Positions 36,491 through 48,689 of a DNA stretch of 64,000 nt are shown here, piece by piece. Below the pieces are notes generated by a model, which was not told the DNA's origin, did not search any database, and saw only the letters and a list, made by a program, of their open reading frames with translations. Numbering within the stretch: the stretch's first letter is position 1; the number at the start of each line of letters is the position of its first letter. Source of the DNA: Squalus acanthias (lineage: Eukaryota); assembly GCA_030390025.1 (NCBI GenBank), contig JASTWF010000033.1, forward strand, positions 62,001 to 126,000. The letters run 5' to 3'. The translations under genes were made by a program, and so were the position numbers.

Positions 36491-37861
36491 ATGGACGTAT
36501 CGGCACTCTACACCAGTATCACCCACGATGACGGCATCGCTGCATCAGCCTCAGTACTCAACACCAACAACAGCCAATCTCCAGACGCCATCCTACAACT
36601 CATCCGCTTCATCCTTGACCACAATGTCTTCACCTTCGACAACCATTTTTTTACCCAAACACACGGAACAGCCATGGGGACCAAATTCGCACCCCAATAC
36701 GCCAACATCTTCATGCACAAGTTCGAGCAAGACTTCTTCGCTGCACAGGACCTCCAGCCAACACTGTACACCAGATACATCGACGACATTTTCTTCCTTT
36801 GGACCCATGGCGAAGGATCACTGAAAAGACTACAAGATAACATAAACAAGTTCCATCCCACCATCAAACTCACCATGGACTACTCCTCAGAATCGGTTTC
36901 ATTCCTGGACACACGAATCTCCATCAAAGACGGACACCTCAGCACTTCACTCTACCGCAAGCCCACGGACAACCTCACGATGCTCCACTTCTCCAGCTTC
37001 CACCCTAACCATGTTAAAGAAGCCATCCCCTATGGACAAGCCCTGCGAATACACAGGATCTGCTCAGACGAGGAGGAACGCGATGGACACCTACGGACGC
37101 TGAAAAACGCCCTCGTAAGAACGGGATATGACGCTCGACTCATCGATCGACAGTTCCGACGGGCCACAGCGAAAAATCGCATGGACCTCCTCAGAAGGCA
37201 AACACGGGACACAACCAACAGGGTACCCTCCGTCGTCCAGTACTTCCCCAGAGCGGAGAATCTACGCCATGTTCCTCGCAGCCTTCAACATGTCATCGAT
37301 GACGACAAACACCTCGCTAAGGCCATCCCCACGCCTCCACTACTTGCCTTCAAACAGCCGCCTAACCTCAGAAGTACCATCGTTCACAGCAAATTACCCA
37401 GCTTTCAGGATAACAGCGACCACGACACCACACAACCCTGTCACGGCAAACTCTGCAAGACATGCCAGATCATCAACACAGATACCACCATCACACGTGA
37501 GGACACTACCCACCAGGTACATGGTACATACTCATGTGACTCGGCCAACGTTGTCTACCTCATACGTTGCAGGAAAGAATGCACCGCGGCATGGTACATC
37601 GGCGAGACCATGCAGACACTGAGACAACGTATGAACGAGCACCGTGCAACAATCACCAGGCTGGATTGTTACCTCCCAGTCGGGGAACACTTCTGCAGTC
37701 AAGGACATTCAGCCTCGGATCTGCGGGTAAGCGTTCTCCAAGGCAACCTTAGAAACACACGACAACGCAAAATCATAGAGCAGAAACTGATAGCCAAGTT
37801 CCGCACTCATGAAGACGGTCTCAACCGGGATCTTGGGTTTATGTCACGATACATGACGTGA
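36491..37861 (+). CDS. Penelope RT-GIY-YIG ORF remnant (456 aa)
   Basis: Open frame with YIDD and GIY-YIG motifs; part of a disrupted element. Confidence 0.75.
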   Translation: MDVSALYTSITHDDGIAASASVLNTNNSQSPDAILQLIRFILDHNVFTFDNHFFTQTHGTAMGTKFAPQYANIFMHKFEQDFFAAQDLQPTLYTRYIDDIFFLWTHGEGSLKRLQDNINKFHPTIKLTMDYSSESVSFLDTRISIKDGHLSTSLYRKPTDNLTMLHFSSFHPNHVKEAIPYGQALRIHRICSDEEERDGHLRTLKNALVRTGYDARLIDRQFRRATAKNRMDLLRRQTRDTTNRVPSVVQYFPRAENLRHVPRSLQHVIDDDKHLAKAIPTPPLLAFKQPPNLRSTIVHSKLPSFQDNSDHDTTQPCHGKLCKTCQIINTDTTITREDTTHQVHGTYSCDSANVVYLIRCRKECTAAWYIGETMQTLRQRMNEHRATITRLDCYLPVGEHFCSQGHSASDLRVSVLQGNLRNTRQRKIIEQKLIAKFRTHEDGLNRDLGFMSRYMT

Positions 37862-38195
37862 TCCGGACTCGAGTCGTCGCTGGCTTGTTCACAGATGTGA
37901 TTCCCAGTAAAAAAAGTAAAAATTTTCCCAGTCAAAAAGTATTTTTTTTTACAGCTTATCGTTTTACATACAGACGGCAGCTTTTGACACATTAGACCCC
38001 CTGCGACTCCAGATCATTGTCTCAGTTGTATCTTGCTATGTCTTTGATGTGGTACCTTCCTGGCTGACCTGATTAACTTTATCACACCTCGGCAGATAGT
38101 CAGGATGATTTAATTTAGTTGTCTACAATTGTAAGGTACACATGCATTGTTCTCTATCTATATATGCTTTGTCGAGTCTGTATTTCTTCACTACT

Positions 38196-38237
38196 TCACC
38201 TGAGGAAGGGGCGATCGATAGCTCCGAAAGCTTGTGA
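38196..38237 (+). ncRNA. Minimal type I hammerhead ribozyme motif in the Penelope terminal repeat
   Basis: tcac-CTGAGGA-a-ggggc(gatcgata)gctcc-GAAA-gc-TT-gtga. Core intact; stems I and II pair. Confidence 0.7.
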
Positions 38238-39783
38238 TGTCAAATAAAACTGTTGGACTATAACCTGGTGTTGTGCGACCTCTCAATTTTGTCCACCCCA
38301 GTACAACACCGGCATCTCCGCATTACGATCATGATGCTAGAGGACTGGAGAGTGGCGAATGTTGTTCCTCTCTTCAAAAAGGAAATAGGAATGACCCTGG
38401 TAATTATAGGCCGGTTAGTCTTACTTCGGTGGTTGGTAAGATAATGGAAAAGGTCCTGAGGGATAGGATATATGACCATTTGGAAAGAGGCAACTTAATC
38501 CGGGATAGTCAACACTGATCCGTGAAGGGTAAGTCTTGCCTAACAAATTTGATTTAATTCTTTGAGGAGGTAACTAAGTGTGTAGATGAAGGTAGAGTAG
38601 TTGATGTCGTATACATGGATTTTAGTAAGGCGTTTGATAAGGTTCCCCATGGTCGGCTCATGAAGAAAGTAAAGAATTGTGGGATAGAGGGAAATTTGGC
38701 CGATTGGATAAGTAACTGGCTATCTCATGGAAGAGAGAGGGTGATGGTGAATGGATATTTTTTGGACTGGAGACCAGATACCAGCGGTGTGCCACAGGGG
38801 TCGGTTCTGGGTCCTCTGCTGTTTGTGATTTTTATCAATGACTTGGAGGAGGGGACTGAAGGGTGGATCAGTAAATTTGCTGATGACACCAAGATTGGTG
38901 GAGTAGTGGATGAGGTGGAGGGCTGTTGTAGGCTGCAAAAAGACATTGATAGGATGCAGAGCTGGGCCGAAAAATGGCAGATGGAATTTAACCCTGATAA
39001 GTGCGAGATGATTCATTTTGGTAGGGCAAATTTGAATAAGGATTACAGGGTCAACGGCAGGGTTCTGACGAACTTGGAGGAACAGAGGGATCTGGGGGTT
39101 CATATCCACAGATCTCTGAAGGTTGCCACTCAAGTGGATAGAGCAATAAAGAAGGCCTATAGTGTGTTAGCGTTTATTAACAAGGGGTTTGAGTTTAAGA
39201 ACCGTGAGGTTATGCTACAACTGTACAGGACCTTGGTGAGACCACATTTGCAATATTGTGTGCAGTTCTGGTCACCTCACTATAGGAAGGACGTGGAAGC
39301 ATTGGAAAGAGTGCAAAGGAGATTTACCAGGATGCTGCCTGGTTTGGGGGGGAGGTCTAATGAGGAAAGATTGAGGGAGTCAGGGCTTTTCTCTTTAGAG
39401 CGGAGGAGGATGCGAGGCGACTTAATAGAGGTTTATAAGATGATGAGGGTATAGATAGAGTGGATGTTCAGAGACTATTTCCTCGGGTGGAGGTAGCTGT
39501 TAAAAGGGGGCATAACTATAAGATGCAAGGGGGGAGATATAGAAGGGATGTCCGAGGTAGATTCTTTACTCAGAGAGTGGTTGGGGTGTGGAATGGACTG
39601 CCTGCTGTGATAGTGGAGTCGGACACTTTAGGAACTTTCAAGCGGTTATTGGATAGGCACATGGAGCACACCAGAATGATAGGGAGTGGGATAGCTTGAT
39701 CTTGGTTTCGGACAATGCTCGGCACAACATCGAGGGCCGAAGGGCCTGTACTGTGCTGTAATGTTCTATATTCTATGTTCTAT

Positions 39784-40640
39784 ATGGACCACGACCTCTG
39801 GCTGTTCAGCCTCCCCCCTCAGAATGTTCTTCAGCTGCTCAGTGACATTCTTGACCCTGGAACCAGGGAGGCAACATACCATCCTGGATTCACGTCTGCG
39901 GCCGCAGAAACGCTTGTCTATTCCCCTAACTATTGAATCCCCTGTCAGTATTGCTTTCCTGAACATTCTCCCCCCACCCGCCCCGCCCCCCACTGTAGAG
40001 CTGATCCACCCGTGGTGCTCTGGACCTGGCTCTGGCTGCACTCGCCAGATGAACCATAACCCTCTCCAGTATTCTGAACTGAATACCGGTTAGAGAGTGA
40101 AATGCACTGAAGGGCTCCTGCACTACCTGCCTGGTCCACCTTGTCTGTCTGGCGGTCACCCATTCCCTCTCTGCCTGCACACTCTTAGGTGGCGGGGTGA
40201 CCATCTCCTGAAACGTGCTATCCACGAAGCTCTCAGCCTCACGGATCCACCGCAGTGACGCCAGTTGCTGTTCAAGCTCCTAAACCCGGAGTTCGAGCTC
40301 CTCCAGCTGACGACACTTCCTGCACATGTGATTGTCCAGATCACAGGAAGTGGACTGGAGTTCCCACGTGTGACAAGATGTGTATTCCACGGGAATGAGG
40401 TGCCCTGCCATGACTTTATTTAATACATCATCATTAACTTAACAGAAATAAACTCCATACTTTTGAATATATATTTAGAATTCGCATTGTTAACCTGTTC
40501 AAATAATCTGTACAATCAGTTCTTGTTAGCCTGGTAACGACCTCATGGTTTCTGGCAAGTGAGATCACATGCACTGTGAGTTTGTGGGAACAGGAGATTA
40601 CAGGACTTTGGACCAGAGAGTTTGTGGGCGGGACTGGCTA
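39784..40640 (-). mobile_element. CR1 ORF1 (zinc finger + SGNH esterase) and 5' region
   Basis: ILTGDSIVRGIDKRFCGRRRESRMVCCLPG...VVVHI. Confidence 0.85.
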
Positions 40641-40643
40641 CTA

Positions 40644-41282
40644 GTTTGAGGGGCTGAATTAGATTGAGGGGTTGTATTTGTTTGAGGGGCTGTTTTAGTT
40701 TCAGGTACTGTATTAGTTTGAGGGGCTGTATTAGTTTGAGGGACTGTATTAGTTTGAGGGGCTGTATTAGTTTGAGGGTCTGTATTAGTTTCAGGAGCTG
40801 CATTTGTTTGAGGGGCTATATTAGTTTGAGGGGCTGTATTAGTTTGAGGTACTGTATTAGTTTGAGGGGCTGATTTAGTTTGAGGCACTGTATTAGTTTG
40901 AGGGGCTGTATTAGTTTGAGGGTCTGTATTAGTTTTAGGAGCTGTATTAGTTTGAGGTACTATATTAGTTTGAGGGGCTGTATTAGTTTGAGGGGCTGTA
41001 TTAGTTTGAGGGGCTGTATTAGATTGAGGAGCTGTATTAGTTTGAGGGTCTGTATTAGTTTGAGGTACTGTATTAGTTTGAGGGGCTGTATTAGTTTGAG
41101 GTACTGCATTAGTTTGAGGCACTGTATTAGTTTGAGGGTCTGTATTAGTTTGAGGTACTGTATTAGTTTGAGGTACTTTATTAGTTTGAGGTCCTGTATT
41201 AGTTTGATGTACTGTATTAGTTTGAGGTACTGTATTAATTTGAGGGGCTGTATTAGTTTGTGGTACTGTATTAGTTTGAGGA
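40644..41282. repeat. 18-bp minisatellite TGTATTAGTTTGAGG+NNN, ~35 units
   Basis: Directly visible; explains the PQTNT(A/V/D) ORF. Confidence 0.95.
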
Positions 41283-41711
41283 TCCATCGACACAAATTCC
41301 CCACTTTCATTGTTTCACTAAATGGCCACAGTTAAGGCGGACAGCCCCATCCCAGAGTGGAGCAGAGCAGCCCTGAGAGGACACTCTAACTTTTGGAATT
41401 TAATTACTGAATGGCCACAGCAGAGTGAAGGACTTCACCGAAACAATATGAGTTCTAGAGATGGGTCTGGTGGTGTTTGCAACAACAACCCCATTGCTGG
41501 GAGAATACAGCTGGCAATTGTTATTAGTTAATTCATGTGACCAGAATTCTCCGGTCTTTGGGGTTTTCAATCTCAATCTCAGCACTAAATATATTCCATC
41601 ACAGCAGGGAATTAACTCGGCTGTCGTCATCTGTATGTTCCAATGTTTTTTTTTTTAACTGTATTTTCAGCGATGTTGCAACCTCAATGTCCCCGTTGAT
41701 ATCCCGCAGGG

Positions 41712-41717
41712 TATAAA
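41712..41717 (+). promoter_or_regulatory. TATA box of the GPCR gene
   Basis: TATAAA 92 bp upstream of the ATG at 41804. Confidence 0.6.
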
Positions 41718-41803
41718 TGAAAGGCTCTGGGAATGTCCCGCCTCAGAGTTTAATTCAGAGAGATTGCCTGCAGCACGAAGGGACACTTCGCTTCACACAG
41801 AAA

Positions 41804-41870
41804 ATGTTAAACACATATGACAGTGTGGAGAAAATATACTACATGATCATTGCCGTCATTGGTGTTCCTG
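41804..41870 (+). CDS. GPR139-like GPCR exon 1 (N-terminus and first half of TM1)
   Basis: ATG, 22 codons + 1 nt, GTAAGT donor; in phase with exon 2. Confidence 0.85.
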
Positions 41871-42189
41871 GTAAGTGATTATAACCATTGAAGTTGTGTA
41901 AATCTGTGTGTGAGCTGGTGTCTGGTTTTGCTCTGTGACTGATAATGTTACATCCTGATCTAGTGGTCACCGTTATACAGAGACCCGATCAGTGATAACA
42001 TTTCGTTTAGTCAAATGCCCTGAATTACTGCTGAGGTTTTCTTCCATTGCCTCAACTAAAAGTAAATTCTGTTTGTAACTCACGGGCTCGCTATGTTAAG
42101 AAGTTATTGCCTTTATTGTAATATTGTGCACTGTTGAATTAGACCTCAGTGTAAGCAACTCTCTGAGAGAAGGTATTAGCGGAAGGGAG

Positions 42190-42730
42190 TGTCACTGTAG
42201 AACTACTGAGTGTGGGTCACTAACTGAAGTGGAACACCTCATGCAAGTGGCCATGTATTACTGGGAGTATCTGTCACTGTAGAATTACTGAGTGTGGGTC
42301 ACTAACTGAAGTGGAACACCTTATGCCAGTGGCCATGTATTACTGGGAGTATTTGTCACTGTAGAACTACTGAGTGTGGTTCACTAACCAGAGTGGAACA
42401 CCTGACCCCAGTGGCCATGTATTACTGGGAGTATCTGTCACGGTAGAACTACAGCGTGTGGGTCACTAACCGGAGTGGAACACCTGACCCCAGTGGCCAT
42501 GTATTACTGGGAGTATCTGTCACTGTACAACTGTACTGAGTGTGGGTCACCAACTGAAGTGGAACACCTGACCCCAGTGGCCATGTATTACTGGGAGTAT
42601 CTGTCACTGTAGAACTGTACTGAGTGTGCGTCACTAACCGGAGTGGAACACCTGACCACAGTGGCCATGTATTACTGGGAGTATCTGTCACTGTAGAACT
42701 GTACTGAGTGTGCGTCACTAACCGGAGTGG
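42190..42730. repeat. 82-84-bp minisatellite, ~6.5 units
   Basis: Units start at 42191, 42273, 42355, 42437, 42519, 42603 and 42687. Confidence 0.95.
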
Positions 42731-42874
42731 GACAAGTCGCTTCCTATATGAAATTATTGTTTTAGATTACTGATCTCTCCCCTTCATGGAGCTGCATTCG
42801 TGTTTTCCCAATGTAATCAATGGCAAAGGGGAAGATTTTTGCTGTTGTTTGAAGAAGTTTGGTTATAAGCATAT

Positions 42875-43375
42875 GAGGCGCTGCAGCGAAGGTTCACGAG
42901 ATTGATTCCTGGGATGACAGGGCAGTCCTATGATGAGAAATTGTGTAGAATGGGCCTATAGTCTCTGCAGTTTAGAAGAATGAGAGGTGATCTCATTGAA
43001 ACATACAAGATTCTGAAGGGGATTGCCAGGGTTAGATGATGAAAGGTTGTTTCCCCTGGCTGGAGTGTCTAGAACTAGGCGGCATAGTCTCAGGATAAGC
43101 GGTCGGCCATTTAAGACTGAGATGAGAAGTGTATTCTTCACTCAGAGGGTTGTGAATCTTTGGAATTCTCTGCCCAGAGGCCTGTGAATGCTGAGCCTTT
43201 GAGTGTATTCAAGACTGTGATAGATGGATTTTTGACCTCGGGGAATCAAGGCATATGGAGATCGGGCAGGAAAGTGCTATTGAGGTCGATGATCAGCCAT
43301 GATCTTATTGAATGGTGGAGCTGGTTCGAGGGGCCGTATGGCCTACTCCTGCTCCTATTTCTGATATTCTAATGT
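42875..43375 (+). mobile_element. CR1 3' fragment
   Basis: QRRFTRLIPGM...RMRGDLIETYKIL homology and tail. Confidence 0.9.
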
Positions 43376-43744
43376 TCATATATATGTTGAAATGTATTGA
43401 TAATGCTTTGTTTCCTACTGAACTGCACCAACAGAAACAGATGTTAACTAATTACAGACAGGTAAACAACAGGACAGCAGAGTTACAGTATTCAAATCCT
43501 CTCTATAATGAATTATTGTTAATCAATGTATAGTTATTGTAAACACTTTAATTGTTTTGGTGCTGATTAATCACCTTCCCCCAACACCGTCATGAGAATC
43601 TGTGGGTCATGAGTGCTGAATTTCATTATGTTACCGTTAGACGGGATGAATATTGGGCTGTGGTTATTGATTATTCCACTTCCGTAACTGATTGAGTTTT
43701 GACGCACCAGTTCATATCTCTGATTCAGAGTTTCTACACAGGTA

Positions 43745-46700
43745 ACATAGGTTCATAGAGTCATAGAGTTATACAGCGCAGAAAGAGGCCCTTCGGCCCC
43801 TCGTGTCCGCGCCGGCCATCAAGCCCTGTCTATTCTAATCTCATTTTCCAGCACTTGTTCCGTAGTCTTGTATGCTATGGCGTTTCAAGAGCTCATCTAA
43901 ATGCTTCTTGAATGTTGTGATGTTTTCGGCCTCTACCACCCTTTCAGACAGTAATTTGCAGATTCCAACCACCCTCTGGGTGAAAAAGTTCTCCTCAAAT
44001 CCCCTCCAAACCTCCTGCCCCTTACATTGAAACTATGCCCCCTGGTTATTGACCCCTGTACTAAGGGGACTAGTTCCTTTCTATCTACCCTATCTATGCA
44101 CCTCATAATTTTGTACACCTCAATCAGATCACTCCCTCAGCCTTCTCTGCTTCAAGGAAAACAACCCAAACTTGTCCAGTCTCTCTTCATAGCTGAAGCG
44201 CTCCAGCCCAGGTAACATCCTGGTGAATCTCCTGTGCACCCTTTCCAATGCAATCACATCCTTCCTATAGTGCGGCGACCAGAACTGCACACAGTATTCC
44301 AGCTGTGGCCTAACTAGCGTTCTGTACAGCTCCATCATAACATCCATGCTCTTATATTTTATGCCTCGGCTAATGAAGGCAAGTATCCCATATGCCTTTG
44401 TATCCACCTTATCTAACTGTCCTGCTGCCTTCAGGGATCTATGTTCATGCACGTCAAGGTCCCGCTGATCCTCTGTCCTTCCTAGGGTCCTACCATTCAT
44501 TGTGTAGTCCCTTTCCTTGTAAATCCTCCCAAAATGCATCACCTCATACTTTTCAGGGTTAAATTCCATTTGCCACTGTTCTGCCCATCTGACCAACCCG
44601 TCTATATCATCCTGTAGCCTGAGGCTTCCTTCCTCGCTATTTACCACTCCACCAATTTGCATGTCATCTGCGAACTTACTGTTCATACCTCCTACATTCA
44701 TATCTAAATCATGAATGTACACTACAAACAGCAAAGGACCAGCACCGACCCCTGCGATACACCACTGGACACAGGCTTCCAGTCACAAAAACAATCTTCC
44801 AACATCACCTTCTGCCTCCTGCCACTAAGCCAATTTTGGATCCAATGTGCCAAATTGCCCTGGATCCCATGAGCTCTTACCTTCTTGACCAGTCTCCCAT
44901 GTGTGACCTTGTCAAAAGCCTTACTGAAGTCCATTTAGAATACAACATTTGCACTACCCTCATCCACACACCTAGTCACCCCCTCGATAAATTCAATCAA
45001 ATTGGTTAGACATGATCTCCCCCTGACAATGCCATGCTGACTATCCTTGATTAATCCTTGCCTCTCCAAGTGGAGACTAATTCTGTCCCTCAGAATGTTT
45101 TCCAATAATTTCTCTACCACTGATGTTAGGCTCACTGGCCTGTAATTATCTGTTTTATCCCGACTACCCTTCTTGAGTAATGGTACTACGTTAGCTGTTC
45201 TCCAGTCCACTGGCACCTCCCCTGTGGCCAGAGAGGTTCTGAAAATTTGTGTCAGAGTCCCTGCAATCTCCTCCCTTGCCTCACACAGCAGCCTGGGATA
45301 CATCTCGTCTGGGCCTGGGAATTTATCCACTTTTAAGCTCGCTAAAACCGCTAGTACCTCATCCCTCTCAATACTAATTTGCTCAAGTATATCACAATCC
45401 CCCTGCTTGATTTTTATGCCTATATCGTCCTTCACCATCGTGAACACAGATGCAAAATATTAATTTAAAACCTCACCTATATCTTCCGGCTCTACACACA
45501 GATTGCCACTTTGGTCCCTAATGTGCGCTACTCTTTCCCTGGTTATCCTCTTGCCCTTAATATACTCATAATACATCTTGGGATTTTCCCATATTTTGCC
45601 CGCCAGTGTTTTTTCATGCCCCCTCTTCGCTCTCTAATTTCTTTTTTAAATACCACCCTTCAACACGGTGGCATAGTGGTTAGCACTGGTGCCTCACAGC
45701 GCCAGAGACCCGGGTTCAAATCTGACCTCGGGTGACTGTCTGTGTGGAGTTTGCACATTCTCCCCGTGTCTGCGTGGGTTTCCTCCGGGTGCTCCGGTTT
45801 CCTCCCACAGTCCAAAAATGTGTGGGTTAGGTTGATTTGGCTATGATAAATTGACCCTTAGTGTTAGGGGGGATTAAATATGTGGGGTTATGGGGATAGG
45901 ATGGGATATGTTAGGGGGAATTAAATACGTGGGGTTACGGGGGTAGGGTGGGATATGTGTACTGTGGGGATTAAAGCAGGGACAGGGTACTGGATTTGGA
46001 TGATCAGCCATGATCGTATTGAATGGCGGAGCAGGCTCGACGGGCCGAATGGCCTACTCCTGCTCCTAGATTCTATGTTTCTATGTTTCACTTTCTATAC
46101 TCCTCTCGGGCTTCCAAAGTTTTTAGTTCTTTGTATCTGCCAAAAGCCTCCCTTTTTTCCTAATCCATTCTTGTATATCCCTTGACATTCAGGATTCCCT
46201 GGGCTTGTTGGTCTCACCCTGGACCTTTACGGGAACATGTTGCCGTTGTACTCTCTCTCTATTTCCTTTCTGAAAGACTCCCACTGCTCTGATGTGGATT
46301 GTCCTCCAAGTAGCTGATCCCAGTCCACTTTGGCCAGATGCTGCCTTATCACATTAATATAGGCCTTCGCCCAATTTAGAAACTTTATTTCTGGTCCATC
46401 TTTTACATTTTCCATGATTACCTCAAATCTCACCGAAATAATGGTCATTGTCACCAAAATGCTCTCCTACTGACACTTCTACCACTTGCCTGGCTACATT
46501 CCCTCGAATTAGGTCCAGTACCGCCCCCTCTCTTGTAGGACATTCTACATGCTGGCTCAAAAAACTCTCATGGATGCACTTGAAGAATTCCGCGCCCTCT
46601 TATCCTTTTACAATCTGAATATCCAAGTTAACATTGGGGAAGTTGGAATCCCCTACTATTATTACCCTATTATTTCTACACTTCCCTGAGATTTGTCTAC

Positions 46701-48360
46701 ATATCTGTTCCTCTATCTCCCCCTAACTGTTTGGGGGCCTATAGTACACTCTCAACAAAGTGCTTGCCCCCTTTTTGTTTTTAAGTTATACCCATATGGC
46801 CTCATAAGAGGAACCTGCTATGATATCATGCCTCCTTACACCAGTAATTGAATCCTTGATTAATATTGCGACACCCCCTCCATTTTTACACCCCCCTCTG
46901 TCTCGCTTGAAGATTCTATACCCCGGAATATTGAGCTGCCAGTCCTGCCCCTCCCTCAACCATGTCTCTGTGATAGCAACAATATCATACTCCCATGTGT
47001 TCATCAACACCTTCAATTCATCTGCCTTACTCGCTAGACACCTTGCATTAAAATAAATGCCTTTCAGCCTTGCCATACTCCCTTGTGCCGTTACATATTT
47101 GCTCTGTTTTCCAGGCTGACTTGTTTTTTCCTCTATATTTGGCTATGCATCACCCCCTACTATAGCTCCACTCCGTATCACATCCCGCTGCCAAGTTATT
47201 TTGAACCCCACCCCAACAGCACTAGCAAACCTCCCCGCAATGATGTTGGTCCCATTCCAGTTCAGCTGCAACCCGTCCGACTTGTACAGATACCACCTTC
47301 TCCAGAAGCAGACCCAGTGATCCAGGAACTAAAGCCCTCCCTCCTGCTCCAACTCTTTAGCCACGCATTCATCTGTTCTATCCTCCTATTCATATACTCA
47401 CTAGCACGTGGCACCGGGAGTAATCCAGAGATTACAAGCTTTCCGGTCCTGCTTTTTAATCTGATAATTTGCACCCTAAATTCTTGTTTCAGGACCTAAT
47501 CCCTCTTTCTACCCATGTCATTGGTACCAATGTGAACCACGCCCTCCCCCTTCAGAATGCCCTGCAGCCATTCAGTGACATCCTTGACCCTGGCACCAGG
47601 GAGGCAACATACCATCCTGGAGTCACGCCTGCGGCGATATAAACGTCTAGCTGTTCCCCTTACGATAGAATCCCTCATCACCATTGCTCTCCCACTCTTT
47701 TTCCTCCCCTCCTGTGCAGCTGAGCCACTCGTAGTGCCACGGACTTGGCTCTTGCTGCATTCCCCTGAGAAACCATCTCCTCCAGCAGTATCCAAAACGG
47801 AAAATCTGTTGGAGAGGATGGACCCAGGGGACTCCTACACTACTTTCCTAGTGCTTTTCCTCTGTCTGGCGGTCACCCATTTCCTGTCTGCCTGTGCACT
47901 CTGTACCTGCGTTGTGACCACCTCGTTAAACGTGCTGTCCACGAAGATCTTAGCTACATGGATGTTCCACAGTGACTCCAGCCGCAGCTCCAGCTCCGAA
48001 ACGCGGATTTCGAGTAGCTGCATCTGGAGACACTTCCTGCGCATGTGTTCGCCCTGGACACCGAAAGTGTCCCTGACTTTCCACATAGCACAGGAGGGGC
48101 ACTCCACGCTGCCGAGCTGCCCTGCCATGTCCTGCCCTTAATTTACTCCCTTTACTTCCTTTAAATTAAAGATTATTAAATACACTAGGGACCTTACTTG
48201 CCTTTAAACACTACTTTCTCTAAACTAGAGTCCTTACTTTTACTTTAACGACTGGACTGTAGAAATACTCACCAGGTCCTACTGACCAATCAGCTGGTTC
48301 CCTGGTTGTGAAGTCAACTTAGCGGTTTCGCAGTTGTTGTTGATTGACTGCTCCCGCTCT
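43745..48360 (-). mobile_element. Near full-length CR1 LINE (ORF1 + ORF2), degenerate, in the GPCR intron
   Basis: ORF1 MAGQLGSVECPSCAMW...; APE YFNARC and ITETWL; RT motifs; tail at ~43750. Confidence 0.95.
45661..46087 (+). mobile_element. tRNA-derived V-type SINE (HE1-like) with a CR1-derived tail, inserted in the CR1
   Basis: A box TGGCATAGTGG at 45669, B box GGTTCAAATC at 45713, central TGTGTGGAGTTTGCACATTCTCCCCGTG...GGTTTCCTCC domain, tail shared with the local CR1. Confidence 0.9.
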
Positions 48361-48689
48361 CGGACTCTTTCCTTGGAGTAAATAAGAATCAATTCCCAAC
48401 TCGCAGCACTCTGTTTAAACCGCACTGAAACCTACAACGATCTCAGACCTTAGCTCAGTGAGGTGAGTCCCTGCGAGGAGGGACACGTATAACTGAAGAA
48501 CATGCATATCAGGTTTTCATAATACACAGATCAGTCCCGAGGGCAGTAAATAATAGCATTAATGAATTGATAATAATGTAATATATAGGGCAATGCTTCA
48601 ATAAATAAAACACTTCAATATCCGCAATGATTAAATGAACTGATGAATGTGATTAATTGGTACACAAGTTACGGAGAAGTCCTTAGAAT

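Larger units (their letters stand above)
35665..38323 (+). mobile_element. Penelope-like retroelement, 5'-truncated (RT + GIY-YIG endonuclease, 3' terminal repeat)
   Basis: IKPADKGGAIV, MDVSALYTSI, GTAMGT and RYIDDIF (RT); VVYLIRC...WYIGET...LRQRMNEH (GIY-YIG). Stop at 36129 and a frameshift near 36320. TSD TACGATC at 35658-35664 and 38324-38330. Confidence 0.96.
34145..39783 (+). mobile_element. CR1 LINE, near-complete ORF2 (APE + RT), interrupted by a Penelope element
   Basis: YFNARSIRNK, ITETWL, MGDFNFP and SDHN (APE); QGSVLGPLLF and KFADDTK (RT); (TTCTATG)n tail at ~39765. Confidence 0.96.

Noticed and set aside
40598..41335. PQTNT-repeat 231-aa ORF (antifreeze- or mucin-like)
   Set aside because: 18-bp minisatellite open in multiple frames, with no gene structure.
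32341..41700. NACHT or LRR exons completing the NLR gene
   Set aside because: No Walker A NACHT motif or LRR pattern in any ORF; the region is satellite and TEs.
42190..42730. Possible CRISPR-like array (also considered for the 39-bp and ~45-bp arrays)
   Set aside because: Whole units repeat with no unique spacers, there are no cas genes, and the context is eukaryotic.
45661..45735. tRNA gene
   Set aside because: tRNA-like head of a SINE that continues directly into the SINE body; no proper acceptor stem.
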